Positions 48,733 through 57,205 of a stretch of 64,000 bases of DNA are shown piece after piece; the stretch's first letter is position 1, and each line of letters starts with the position of its first letter. The DNA is taken from assembly GCA_048320885.1 (NCBI GenBank), contig JBLWFJ010000001.1, positions 5,697,697-5,761,696 on the forward strand, in the 5' to 3' direction. This DNA is from Nannocystaceae bacterium ST9 (GTDB taxonomy: Bacteria > Myxococcota_A > Polyangia > Nannocystales > Nannocystaceae). The notes below the pieces were generated by a model. It had not been told where the DNA came from. It searched no databases and saw only the letters and a list, made by a program, of their open reading frames with translations. The position numbers were made by a program, and so were the translations under genes.

Positions 48733-49276
48733 TCAGTCCTCTTCGTCTTCGACGACCGGCTCTTCGACTTCGTCGGTGGCCGCGATGTCCTCGTCGCCGT
48801 CGAGATCCTCGAGCACGGCCGGATCGACGTCCTCGTCGATCGCCTCTTCCTCGATGGTCTCTTCGACCTCTTCTTCCTCTTCCTCTTCGACGACGACCTC
48901 GTCCTCGGCCTCGTCGGCGAGCCGCTCGGGATCCGAGGGCAGCTCCTTGACGTCGTCGTCCTCTTCCTCTTCCTCGTCGTCGGCGGCCGTGAAGGTCGCC
49001 GCGTCGATGAAGGTGGCGTCGACCGCCGAGCCGGCCATCAGTTGAGCGCGCTGCTCTTCGATGAAGGCGAGCACGACCTCTTCGACGTCTTCCTCGAAGC
49101 GGACCATGCCCTTGGCGACCTCGCGCAGGGCGACAACGCCGACCTTGTTGTTGGCCGGGACCAGCGCGGTGCCCTTGCCTTCGCTCAGCGCCCGGGCGCG
49201 ACGCGAAGCCAGCACCGTCAGGGCAAAGCGGTTGGGGATCTTTTCCAGGCAGTCTTCGACTGTGACACGCGCCATG
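48733..49276 (-). CDS. rpoZ: DNA-directed RNA polymerase subunit omega with a ~110-aa polyacidic C-terminal extension
   Basis: MARVTVEDCLEKIPNRFALTVLASRRARALSEGKGTALVPANNKVGVVALREVAKG is canonical RpoZ. It is followed by a D/E-rich tail (EEEEEDDDVKELPSDPERLADEAEDEVVVEEEEEEEVEETIEEEAIDED...). The track ORF has an unsupported N-terminal extension. Confidence 0.8.
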
Positions 49277-49619
49277 GGAGCGCGGAGTATGGTCGGCGAC
49301 CCGGGCCTTGTCCACCACCCGCGAGGGTGGATAAACGGCGTTCTATCCGCGAAAACGCGGCGGGCGAGCGACGGGGCGGTCCGGGTTGCGATCCCGACCT
49401 CGTTTTCCCCCCTCGGAGGACCGCAGCACGGTCCGCCCTCGTCGCTTGCTCGTCGCACCGGTTCGCACCGGACTCCATCCGTCCATGCTCCGACGGCCCG
49501 CATCCTTCACGCAGAAAAACTTCGTGGATTCCCCCGGCCGTCGCGACGCCATCTCGTCGCCGCTGGGGTAGTCGCACGCGAGCCCGAGCCGATCACCGCC
49601 AGCGACGATTCCAGGCAAA

Positions 49620-50720
49620 TTACGCAGGCTTGCGTACGCGCGGACGCATCGCCCCGCCGATCAGCGCGAGCCAGGCCAGCGACCAGGCCGGTGGTGTCGT
49701 TCGTTGGTGGGAACACGCACAGTCGTCGATCGGCTCGCGAGCCTCGGGATCTTCGGGCTCGCCCGAATCTTCCGAGTCGTCGGGTGGGTCGCCGCCGCAG
49801 GGACCGAGGCAGCGTTCGAAGATCACCGACTCCGAGTGGTGGGCGACGAACTCCCGATCGAGCGCGTCGATCAGTCGCACCCGCAAGAGGCCCTCGACTT
49901 GGACGTTGGCACCCTCGGCCGCCGACAGGACGGCGCCCTTCGGGGTCGCGGTCAGGCGCCCGTCCTGCTCGATCGTCGCGCGGTCGAGCTCGGTCCACAC
50001 GAGCTCCGGCGAGAGCGGGGCCCACTCGAAGATCGCGGTCGCGGGCATCCGCGCGTCGACGCAGAGCTCGATCGGGTTGGCCTGGTCCGACCACCACCAC
50101 GCGCCCGTCTCGACGATCTGTGCGGCGGGTAGGTCCTGCGCGGGGTCGTCGGGATCGTCGACGATCTTCACGAAGCTCGGCTGCCCGCGCCAGAGGTTCA
50201 GCGCGGGTTCGAAGGTGTAGCCGGCGACCTGCCACACGCCGATCGGGACCTCGGCGAGCGCCCAGTCGACGCCCTGGTCGGCGGCCGCGAAGCTGATCGG
50301 CCGGCGCTGATCGTCGGCCGTGATCCGCACGAAGCAGCCGGCCCAGTCCGCGCTGGTGTCGAGCACGGCCGAGCTCGCCACGCTGCCCGTCGCGATCAGC
50401 CCGGCCTGCTCGGCGCGCGCGACATCGTCGAGGCTGATCCAGTTGGGCAGCAGATCGGTCATCGCTCGTTGCCGACACAGCGCGAAGAACTGGTGCGTGC
50501 GACTGTCGGCCAGCTCGTCGGGCCCGAGCTGCGTGTCTTCGAAGGGGATGGCGTACTCGACGTGCAAGCTGGTCTCGACCCCGCGATCGACGACCACGCC
50601 GCAGGGCGAGTCGGGCCAGAGCACGGGCGTGCGCGGGTGAGCCTCGTTGCCCGCACGCGCGTCGCTCGGCGCGAGCAGCCCGAGCGCGAGCAGTGGAGCC
50701 AGGCCTCGCAGCCTTCGCAC
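49620..50720 (-). CDS. Secreted protein with a MYXO-CTERM-like C-terminal sorting signal
   Basis: Signal peptide MRRLRGLAPLLALGLLAPSDARA. C-terminus DDCACSHQRTTPPAWSLAWLALIGGAMRPRVRKPA, a Cys motif followed by a hydrophobic helix and a basic tail, as in MYXO-CTERM. Confidence 0.65.
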   Translation of the reverse strand: MRRLRGLAPLLALGLLAPSDARAGNEAHPRTPVLWPDSPCGVVVDRGVETSLHVEYAIPFEDTQLGPDELADSRTHQFFALCRQRAMTDLLPNWISLDDVARAEQAGLIATGSVASSAVLDTSADWAGCFVRITADDQRRPISFAAADQGVDWALAEVPIGVWQVAGYTFEPALNLWRGQPSFVKIVDDPDDPAQDLPAAQIVETGAWWWSDQANPIELCVDARMPATAIFEWAPLSPELVWTELDRATIEQDGRLTATPKGAVLSAAEGANVQVEGLLRVRLIDALDREFVAHHSESVIFERCLGPCGGDPPDDSEDSGEPEDPEAREPIDDCACSHQRTTPPAWSLAWLALIGGAMRPRVRKPA

Positions 50721-50778
50721 ACCGCACTCTACCAGCCCCTGCGCGCCCGTCGACGCGCATTTGTGGCAGCCTGGGCTC

Positions 50779-52584
50779 GTGCGCCGCCCTCTCGTCGTTC
50801 TGCTCGCCCCGCTCGCGATCGCGTGCAGCGATCGCCCGGCCGCCGACGACGATGCGAGCGATGCCAGCGACGCGAGCGAGACGATCGGCGCGAGCGAGAC
50901 CGGCGAGACCGGCGAGAACCAGGCCCCGGCCGCGCCGGCCTTGCTCAGCCCGAGCGACGGGGCGCTCGAGATCCCGCTGGTCGCCGAGCTGTGCTGGTCG
51001 CCGGCCGACGATCCCGAGGGCGACGCGCTCGGCTATCGCGTATGGATCGACGACATCGAGCTCGCCAACGGCAAGACCGGCGAGTACGGGTTCACCGGCA
51101 CCTGCACCGGCCCGCTCGACCTCGTCGCCGACACCAGCTTCGCGTGGAAGGTGCGGGCCTTCGAGCTCGCCGCGCCCGAGCGCGAGTCGAACGACAGCGC
51201 GACTTGGACCTTCACGACGACCTGGAACGGCGAGAGCAAGCCCGTGTTCGTCGACGACTTCTCGCGCGAGCTCGGCTGGACCAGCTCGGGCGACGCCAGC
51301 TCGGGCGCGTGGATCCGCGGCAAACCTCGCCAGGTCCTCGACGCCGAGCAGGCGCTCGCCCAGCCCGGCGCCTGCTCGCTCGGCGACGCCTGCCTCTACA
51401 CCGGCGCCAACCCGGAGGGCACGCTCGGCGAGGCCGACGTCGACGGCGGCATCACCTACGCGATCAGCCCGGCCTTCGATCCGAGCGAGTTCTCGACCCT
51501 CGCGATCTCGCTCGATCGCTTCTTCTATCGCTCGACCCTGATCCCGACCGGCGTGCAATTCGAGCTCGCCTTGCTGGTCCCCGATCCCGAGGCGCCCGAG
51601 GGCGTGGCCGTGCACGTGCTCGAGCAGCTCGACGGCGGACCGACGGCCGAGCCGGCCAACCTCTGGTCGAAGGTCGCGTTCGCGGCCTGCGGGATCCCGA
51701 TGGTCGCCGGCACCCGCCTGCGCGTCGGCGCCCGCGATCCGATCGAGCCCGAGGCCGTGATCGTCGAAGCCGCGATCGATCAGGTCGAGATCGTCGGCCA
51801 CGTCGGCGACGAGCTATGCAATCCGGGACCCGGAGCGCTCTGCGATCCCGAGGCGCCCGAGGCCGCCTGCGGCCCCGATCTGCGCTGCTGCGCCGAGGGT
51901 CCGGTGTTCTCGGGCGTCTACCGCTGCCGATACGGCGCGCCCGCGATCGGCGACCAACCACCGCCCGCGCCCGGCGACCCCTTCACCGGCCCGCTCGGCT
52001 GCGACGCCCCCGACCTCGAGGTCCGCGACGACAACCTCTGGATCAGCGTCGACAACCTGTTCGTCCCGCCCGACTCCTGCACGATCTACGAGGGCTGCGT
52101 GGGTGGAACCGGTTGGCGCCGAGTCCTGCGCTTCGACGGCAAGACCGCCAACATCGGCAGCCGCGACCTCACCCTCGGCGTCCCCGCCAACCACCCCGAC
52201 CTCTTCACCTTCTCGCCCTGCCACGAACACCACCACTTCGACGACTACGCCCGCTACACCCTGCTCGACGGCGATCAGGTCGTCGCCGCCGGCCACAAGC
52301 AAGCCTTCTGCCTGGTCGACCTGCAGAACTGGGCCTGGCCCGAGCTCGGCAACGACGACAAGACCTACACCTGCTTCAACCAAGGCATCTCCGTCGGCTG
52401 GCTCGACGTCTACGACCGCTACCTCGACTGCCAATGGATCGACGTGACCAACGTGCCCTACGGCGATTATACGCTGCGGATCGAAGTCAACCTGCCGCCG
52501 GCGGGCAAGGCCAATCCGATGTTGGTCGAGCGGGATTATTCGAATAACGTGGTCGACATTCCTGTCACCGTCGACGGTGGGTGA
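50779..52584 (+). CDS. Lipoprotein with a C-terminal lysyl oxidase (LOX, copper/LTQ amine oxidase)-like catalytic domain
   Basis: GTG start gives VRRPLVVLLAPLAIACSD (lipobox). C-terminal FSPCHEHHHFDDYARYTLLD...AAGHKQAFCLVDL...CFNQGISVGWLDVYDRYLDCQWIDVTNVPYGDYTLRIEVN matches the LOX His-triad copper site, the LTQ lysine (GHKxxFC) and the conserved C-terminal block. Confidence 0.75.
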   Translation: MRRPLVVLLAPLAIACSDRPAADDDASDASDASETIGASETGETGENQAPAAPALLSPSDGALEIPLVAELCWSPADDPEGDALGYRVWIDDIELANGKTGEYGFTGTCTGPLDLVADTSFAWKVRAFELAAPERESNDSATWTFTTTWNGESKPVFVDDFSRELGWTSSGDASSGAWIRGKPRQVLDAEQALAQPGACSLGDACLYTGANPEGTLGEADVDGGITYAISPAFDPSEFSTLAISLDRFFYRSTLIPTGVQFELALLVPDPEAPEGVAVHVLEQLDGGPTAEPANLWSKVAFAACGIPMVAGTRLRVGARDPIEPEAVIVEAAIDQVEIVGHVGDELCNPGPGALCDPEAPEAACGPDLRCCAEGPVFSGVYRCRYGAPAIGDQPPPAPGDPFTGPLGCDAPDLEVRDDNLWISVDNLFVPPDSCTIYEGCVGGTGWRRVLRFDGKTANIGSRDLTLGVPANHPDLFTFSPCHEHHHFDDYARYTLLDGDQVVAAGHKQAFCLVDLQNWAWPELGNDDKTYTCFNQGISVGWLDVYDRYLDCQWIDVTNVPYGDYTLRIEVNLPPAGKANPMLVERDYSNNVVDIPVTVDGG

Positions 52585-52611
52585 TCGAAGACCGCGACGC
52601 TGCTCCGAGCC

Positions 52612-52646
52612 GATCTGCGATCTGCGATCTGCGATCTGCGATCTGC
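52612..52646. repeat. Five tandem copies of the heptamer GATCTGC
   Basis: Direct reading of ccGATCTGCGATCTGCGATCTGCGATCTGCGATCTGCgtgg. It lies 28 nt after the LOX-like gene stop, in a convergent intergenic region. Confidence 0.9.
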
Positions 52647-52685
52647 GTGGCGGAGTGAACCTTGGCGAATTCGAAGGCGCGCGGG

Positions 52686-52761
52686 CGGAATCAAGGGACC
52701 GGGAGGGCGAGCAGAGGCTCCCGAGGATCGAGACGAGCCCGGCAGCGGGCCCTTGATTCCG
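52686..52761. other. Nested inverted-repeat element: a 12-bp outer stem enclosing two short inner hairpins
   Basis: CGGAATCAAGGG (52686-52697) pairs with CCCTTGATTCCG (52750-52761). Inside are GGGAG/CTCCC and GCCCG/CGGGC stems. It sits in the convergent intergenic region, so it may be a bidirectional terminator or a small structured RNA. Confidence 0.4.
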
Positions 52762-52819
52762 ACCGTATAGCCCCTTGGTCGGGCAAGTGAACATCCGCGA
52801 AAGATCTCCGCGAAGAGGA

Positions 52820-53629
52820 TCAATCGACAGGAATCGGCAACCCCGCGAGCTCGAGCTCCTCGATCAACCCACCCGTCCCCGTCGTCCCATACCCCGTATC
52901 CCCAAACCCCGTCCCATAATACCCATAGCTGCAAAAATCCCAGCTCTCGTCCGGCACCGCCCACATCTGCACGGGAATCACCTGCTCGACCGGCTCGCCA
53001 CCGGTCGTCAACGTGACCGTCAAGGTCGCCGGCAGCTGATGCAGCACCTCGAGATCCGGGATCTGATCGGGCGGAAAGAGCGTGACCAGCAGCGGGTCGT
53101 AATAGCAGTAGTCCGGGCTGTTGTAGTCCTCCGAGCAGCAGCCCACGAACACCGTGTAGTCGAATTCCGCGAAGTGCCCGTTGGCCCCGAGGTTGAACCC
53201 CTCGACGTCGAGCACCACGTGGACCGGCACGTCGGGATCGGCCGGCATGAACCCGCCCATCGCCACGCCGAAGCGGATCATGAACGAGCCTTGGCCGCCG
53301 CATTCGAGCGAGACCGGGCTGTCTTGCACGATCGCCATGTCGGCCTGCGAGAGCGTGATCCAGGGCTCGGCCGGGCCCTCGCTCAGGCCACAGAGCTCCT
53401 CGGGCCCGGTGTCGGTGCTCGAATCGGTGGCGGCGTCGCTGCTCGAGTCGGTGCCGACGTCGTCGTCGGTCGAGCTCTCGCTGGTGCCCGCCGTCGAGCT
53501 CGTGCTCGACGAGTCGGCATCGCCGTCGCCGTCGCCGGCGATCTCGTCGTCACCCTCGCCGCCGATGGTCAAGATGCAGCCCGAGAGCAGGGGCAGGAGC
53601 GGGAGCAAGCCGGGGACCGACAACTTCAT
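52820..53629 (-). CDS. Hypothetical lipoprotein with a Ser/Thr/Asp-rich linker
   Basis: MKLSVPGLLPLLPLLSGC lipobox, a D/G/S/T-rich linker, then a Cys-containing ~190-aa domain. The track ORF start at 53686 adds an unlikely basic extension. Confidence 0.6.
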   Translation of the reverse strand: MKLSVPGLLPLLPLLSGCILTIGGEGDDEIAGDGDGDADSSSTSSTAGTSESSTDDDVGTDSSSDAATDSSTDTGPEELCGLSEGPAEPWITLSQADMAIVQDSPVSLECGGQGSFMIRFGVAMGGFMPADPDVPVHVVLDVEGFNLGANGHFAEFDYTVFVGCCSEDYNSPDYCYYDPLLVTLFPPDQIPDLEVLHQLPATLTVTLTTGGEPVEQVIPVQMWAVPDESWDFCSYGYYGTGFGDTGYGTTGTGGLIEELELAGLPIPVD

Positions 53630-53672
53630 GGACGCGACCTTGCCACGCTTCGCCGCGCGGCGACCAGCGACT

Positions 53673-54746
53673 ATGCTGGTGGTCATGACGCTTCGCTCTC
53701 GCGCGGTCTTGCTCCTGGTCGGTCTCGCGAGCTGTTCGCCCGAACCCTCGAGCGACGACGAGATTGCGTCCGACTCGGCCTCGTCCGATACGAGCGAGTC
53801 GGCGAGCGACTCGGACAGCGAGACCAGCGGCGACGAGGGCGGTTGGGAGCGGGTCTGGCAGGCCGACGAGAGCCAGGGCGCGCTGATGAGCGTGTGGGGC
53901 AGCTCGCCCGACGAGGTCTACGTGGTCGGGGGCCAGCCCGATCCGCAGCAGGGCACGGTGCTGCGCTTCGACGGGTCGCAGTGGATGCCCGAGCAATTGC
54001 CGGTCGACACGCCGATGCTGCACTGGGTCTACGGCGTCGACGATCGCGTGTGGGCGGTCGGTCGACTCGGGGCGATCCTCGTGCGCGAGGGCGAGGTCTG
54101 GACTGCCGAGGCCAGCCCGAGCGATCGGATCTTGTGGGGCATCTGGGGCGCGAGCGCGGACGAGCTGTGGGCGGTCGGTGGCGACGGGGTCAGCGATGCG
54201 CCGGTCTTGCTGCGCCGCGAGGGCGCGAGCGAGAGCTGGACGCAGGTCGATCTGCCCGCGCTCTCGGTCGACACGCACGGGCTGTTCAAGATCTGGGGCA
54301 GCGCCGCGGACGACGTGTGGATCGTCGGCGACGTCGGGGCCTCGCTGCACTGGGACGGCAGCGAATGGACCGATCACTCGACCAGCGACAACATCGATCT
54401 GATCAGCTTGTGGGGCACGCCGAGCGAGGGGATCGTCGCGGTCGGCGGGCGAGCGAGCGGGCGGATCGTCCGGCTCGGCGGCGCGAGCTGGTCGGGCGAG
54501 ACGCTCGAGTCGCCCGGGCTCAACGGCGTGTGGGTCGATCCGAGCGGGCCGATCACCGTGGTCGGCAACATGGGGACGATCTTCTCGCTCGCGCCGGGCG
54601 GCTTCGAGGTCACGCCCGAAGACAGCGGCACCGCGCTGGTCCTGCACGCGACCTTCGGGTTCGCGGGCGGGCCTCGCTATGCGGTCGGCGGCAGCCTGCT
54701 CGCGCCGCCGCCCTACACCGGCGTGGTGCTGGCGTCACCCGAGTAG
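53673..54746 (+). CDS. Hypothetical lipoprotein with repeated W-x-G/DxW-x-VG beta-propeller-like blades
   Basis: MLVVMTLRSRAVLLLVGLASCS lipobox, an acidic Ser-rich linker, then ~6 repeats of the pattern DEVYVVGG / DRVWAVG / DELWAVGG / DDVWIVGD / GIVAVGG / ITVVGN. Divergent from the previous gene, 43 bp apart. Confidence 0.6.
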   Translation: MLVVMTLRSRAVLLLVGLASCSPEPSSDDEIASDSASSDTSESASDSDSETSGDEGGWERVWQADESQGALMSVWGSSPDEVYVVGGQPDPQQGTVLRFDGSQWMPEQLPVDTPMLHWVYGVDDRVWAVGRLGAILVREGEVWTAEASPSDRILWGIWGASADELWAVGGDGVSDAPVLLRREGASESWTQVDLPALSVDTHGLFKIWGSAADDVWIVGDVGASLHWDGSEWTDHSTSDNIDLISLWGTPSEGIVAVGGRASGRIVRLGGASWSGETLESPGLNGVWVDPSGPITVVGNMGTIFSLAPGGFEVTPEDSGTALVLHATFGFAGGPRYAVGGSLLAPPPYTGVVLASPE

Positions 54747-54747
54747 C

Positions 54748-55431
54748 CTACTCGCCACGTGGAACGAAGAAGAGCGCGTCGGCGGCCTCGCGCCAGTGCT
54801 CGTCGACGACCAGCTCGTTGAAGTTGAGCTGGTGGGTGGCGACGTCGACCAGCTTCTGACTGGCGTAGGTCGGGCGGTGCTGGTTGCCGCGCGGGTCGAC
54901 CCAGGGATCGATGTGGAAGTAGGCGAGCAGGACCTGCTTGCCGAGCGCGGTCAGCTTGCGAACCAGCGGGACGAAGTCGGCGTCGCCGGTGATCAGCACG
55001 CAGATGTCGAAGCGATCGTGGTGGGCGAGGTCGAGCACGTCGAGCGCGAGCTCGACGTCGATGCCCTTTTGCGAGAGCTCGTAGCGGGGCGGCTCGTCGC
55101 CGATCCCTCGCCGCCGGGTCTCTCGCAGCGGCAGGTAGTGCGGGACGATGCCGGCGTCGATCAGCGACATCTCGAAGTCGCGATCCTTGCGGAGCTGGAA
55201 GTCGTCGGCGGCGCGGGTGGTCGCGCGGCCATCGTAGTAGTGGGCCTCGACGATCCGAACCGGGCTGACCTCGCCCGCGCCGCTCAGCCGATCGGCGAGG
55301 TAGCGCTCGAGCAGCCGATGGAGCTGGGTGAACGACATCCACCCGCGATCCTTGGCATAGCGAAAGTACAGGTTGCCCTGCTTGAAGTAGTTGCCGTCAT
55401 AGAACACGACCAGGCGGGTCAACGGGAGCAT
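54748..55431 (-). CDS. NYN-domain (LabA-like, PF01936) protein, a putative RNA-binding or RNase-fold protein
   Basis: N-terminal VVFYDGNYF and a DICVLITGDADFVPLVRKLTALGKQV block typical of NYN/LabA domains. Confidence 0.65.
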   Translation of the reverse strand: MLPLTRLVVFYDGNYFKQGNLYFRYAKDRGWMSFTQLHRLLERYLADRLSGAGEVSPVRIVEAHYYDGRATTRAADDFQLRKDRDFEMSLIDAGIVPHYLPLRETRRRGIGDEPPRYELSQKGIDVELALDVLDLAHHDRFDICVLITGDADFVPLVRKLTALGKQVLLAYFHIDPWVDPRGNQHRPTYASQKLVDVATHQLNFNELVVDEHWREAADALFFVPRGE

Positions 55432-55533
55432 CGAATTACTTCCTATCGGGGCACATGGCCCGAAAATCGACCGGGAATGGCCGCGGCCGGGCGAGCACCC
55501 GGCCGCCGGCGTGGCCCCGAGGGGCCCGAGGGA

Positions 55534-55965
55534 TCACAGCTCCATCAAGAGCTGCTGGCCGCGCTCGCGCAGCTCGATGCTGTCTTGCACCCAACGGACG
55601 AAGAGCCGGGCGACGTCGGCATCGAACTCGAACGCCTCGGCCAGCTCGAGCAGGGCATCGAGCTCGCCCTCGGCCAGCGTGTTGTCGGCCATCGCCGCGC
55701 ACACGGCCTGGTAGTACAGGAAGATCCGAGCCTCGCGGTGCTTCACGTCGCGAGCGACCTCGACCAGGCTGCCGGGCGAGTCGAACTCGTGGCGGACACG
55801 GTCGCGCTCCTCGGGCAGCAGCATCATCTGGCCCATCAGCTCCTCGACGAAGTGCCGCTCGCTGTCGGAGACCTGGTCGTCGCGCGACGCCATGATCGCG
55901 ACGCAGCGGGCGACGGCGACTTGTTCCTCGGGCGTGATGAGCTCGGAAATCGGAAAGTCGAACAT
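55534..55965 (-). CDS. TerB-like (tellurite-resistance TerB / DjlA N-terminal type) domain protein
   Basis: MFDFPISELITPEEQVAVARCVAIMASRDDQVSDSERHFVEELM...: a paired-helix acidic motif (D..SD.E), as in the TerB family. The 170-aa track ORF has an unsupported N-terminal extension. Confidence 0.5.
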   Translation of the reverse strand: MFDFPISELITPEEQVAVARCVAIMASRDDQVSDSERHFVEELMGQMMLLPEERDRVRHEFDSPGSLVEVARDVKHREARIFLYYQAVCAAMADNTLAEGELDALLELAEAFEFDADVARLFVRWVQDSIELRERGQQLLMEL

Positions 55966-56061
55966 GGCTCGGCCGGAGGGTACCAAAGCCGCGTGGTTTC
56001 TGACCAGCGAGTTGCGCCGTCGATGGGCGCTAGCGCACGTGCACACCCGCCGCGAGCGAGG

Positions 56062-57165
56062 CTAGAACAGCCAGCCCAGGCCCACGCCGACGTCGTAGAT
56101 CCCGGTCCCGCCGCCCGAGAGCCCGCGGATCACCGAGTAGGATGCGGTCGCGTCGAACTCGAGGAAGAGGTGCTTGGTCAGGGCGAACGCGACCCCTGGT
56201 CCGATCCCGAACACGCCACCGGCGATCCAGGTCTCGGGCGCGATCGCGAAGGTCTGGCCGTCGACTTCGTCGAGCAGCCGCTCGCGGTGCTGCACGACCA
56301 GTCCGCCGTTGAGTCGGATCCACGCCCAGAACACTTGGTTCGCGCCGCCGATCCGGACCTCGGGCACGAAGCGCAGCGCGCTGCGTTCGACGCGATCGCA
56401 AAACGGCGCGCAGCTGTCGGGCTGCGGGAACAAGAAGCCGACGTCGACGAGGTGATCGAAGCTCAGGCCCGCGGCGATTCGAAACTCCGAGTCCCAGCCC
56501 CACGAGTAGCCGCCGCCGACACCCCAGCGCACGTGCTGACGCAGGTACTCGGCCGAGGTCACGCCGTAGCCGATCATGCCCATCAGCCAAGGTCCGGTGA
56601 AGCTCTTGCGCGAAGGCGGTGGTGGTTTCGCGGGCGGTGGTTCGGCTTGGGCGAGCAGGGGCTCGGGCGTGGGCTCGGGGGCGGGCGCCGGGGGCAGGCG
56701 AGCCAGCTCGCAGGCCAGGAACTCGCCGTCGAAGCTCGGCTCGCACACGCGCGGGTAGAAGAAGCGCAGCTCGACTCGTCGGTTGCGGGCCTTGGCCTGC
56801 TCGTCGCTGCCGGGCGCGCTGGCATCGAGCTCGCCGCGAGCCTCGGTGTCGATCCGATCGGCCAGGCCGGGATCGCGAGCGATCAGCTGCTCGCGCAGGT
56901 GCTCGGCCCGACGGCGCGAGAGCTCGTCGTTGTACTCGTCGGTGTTGTCCTCGTCGGCGTTGCCGATCAGCCGCAGGTGCAGCTCGGGATCGGCTCGCAG
57001 CGCGGCGAGGGCCCGCTCGAGCTCGGCCTCGCCGACGCCGGGCTCGAGCACGTCGCGGTCGACCGTGAACCCGATCGGCTCGACCTTCGGCATGCTCGCG
57101 CAGCCGCCCGCCAGCGAGGTCGCCAGCGCGAGGACGAAGCCGCGGGGCAGGAGGGCGGACTGCAT
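56062..57165 (-). CDS. OmpA-family lipoprotein: an N-terminal OmpA/MotB peptidoglycan-binding domain, a Pro-rich linker, and a C-terminal beta-rich domain ending in Phe
   Basis: MQSALLPRGFVLALATSLAGGC lipobox. OmpA-like block NTDEYNDELSRRRAEHLREQL...NRRVELRF. A PAPAPEPTPEP linker. The C-terminal region has alternating hydrophobic residues and a terminal ...GWLF. Confidence 0.6.
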   Translation of the reverse strand: MQSALLPRGFVLALATSLAGGCASMPKVEPIGFTVDRDVLEPGVGEAELERALAALRADPELHLRLIGNADEDNTDEYNDELSRRRAEHLREQLIARDPGLADRIDTEARGELDASAPGSDEQAKARNRRVELRFFYPRVCEPSFDGEFLACELARLPPAPAPEPTPEPLLAQAEPPPAKPPPPSRKSFTGPWLMGMIGYGVTSAEYLRQHVRWGVGGGYSWGWDSEFRIAAGLSFDHLVDVGFLFPQPDSCAPFCDRVERSALRFVPEVRIGGANQVFWAWIRLNGGLVVQHRERLLDEVDGQTFAIAPETWIAGGVFGIGPGVAFALTKHLFLEFDATASYSVIRGLSGGGTGIYDVGVGLGWLF

Positions 57166-57205
57166 GGGGACGTCGTCGCGCCAACGGGCGCGCGCCGCAG
57201 CGCTT

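Noticed and set aside
50469-52547. 692-aa plus ORF and 282-aa ORF (50693..51541) overlapping the LOX-like gene
   Set aside because: Alternate frames with Arg/Pro-rich composition. The chosen frame carries the lysyl-oxidase signature and a lipobox.
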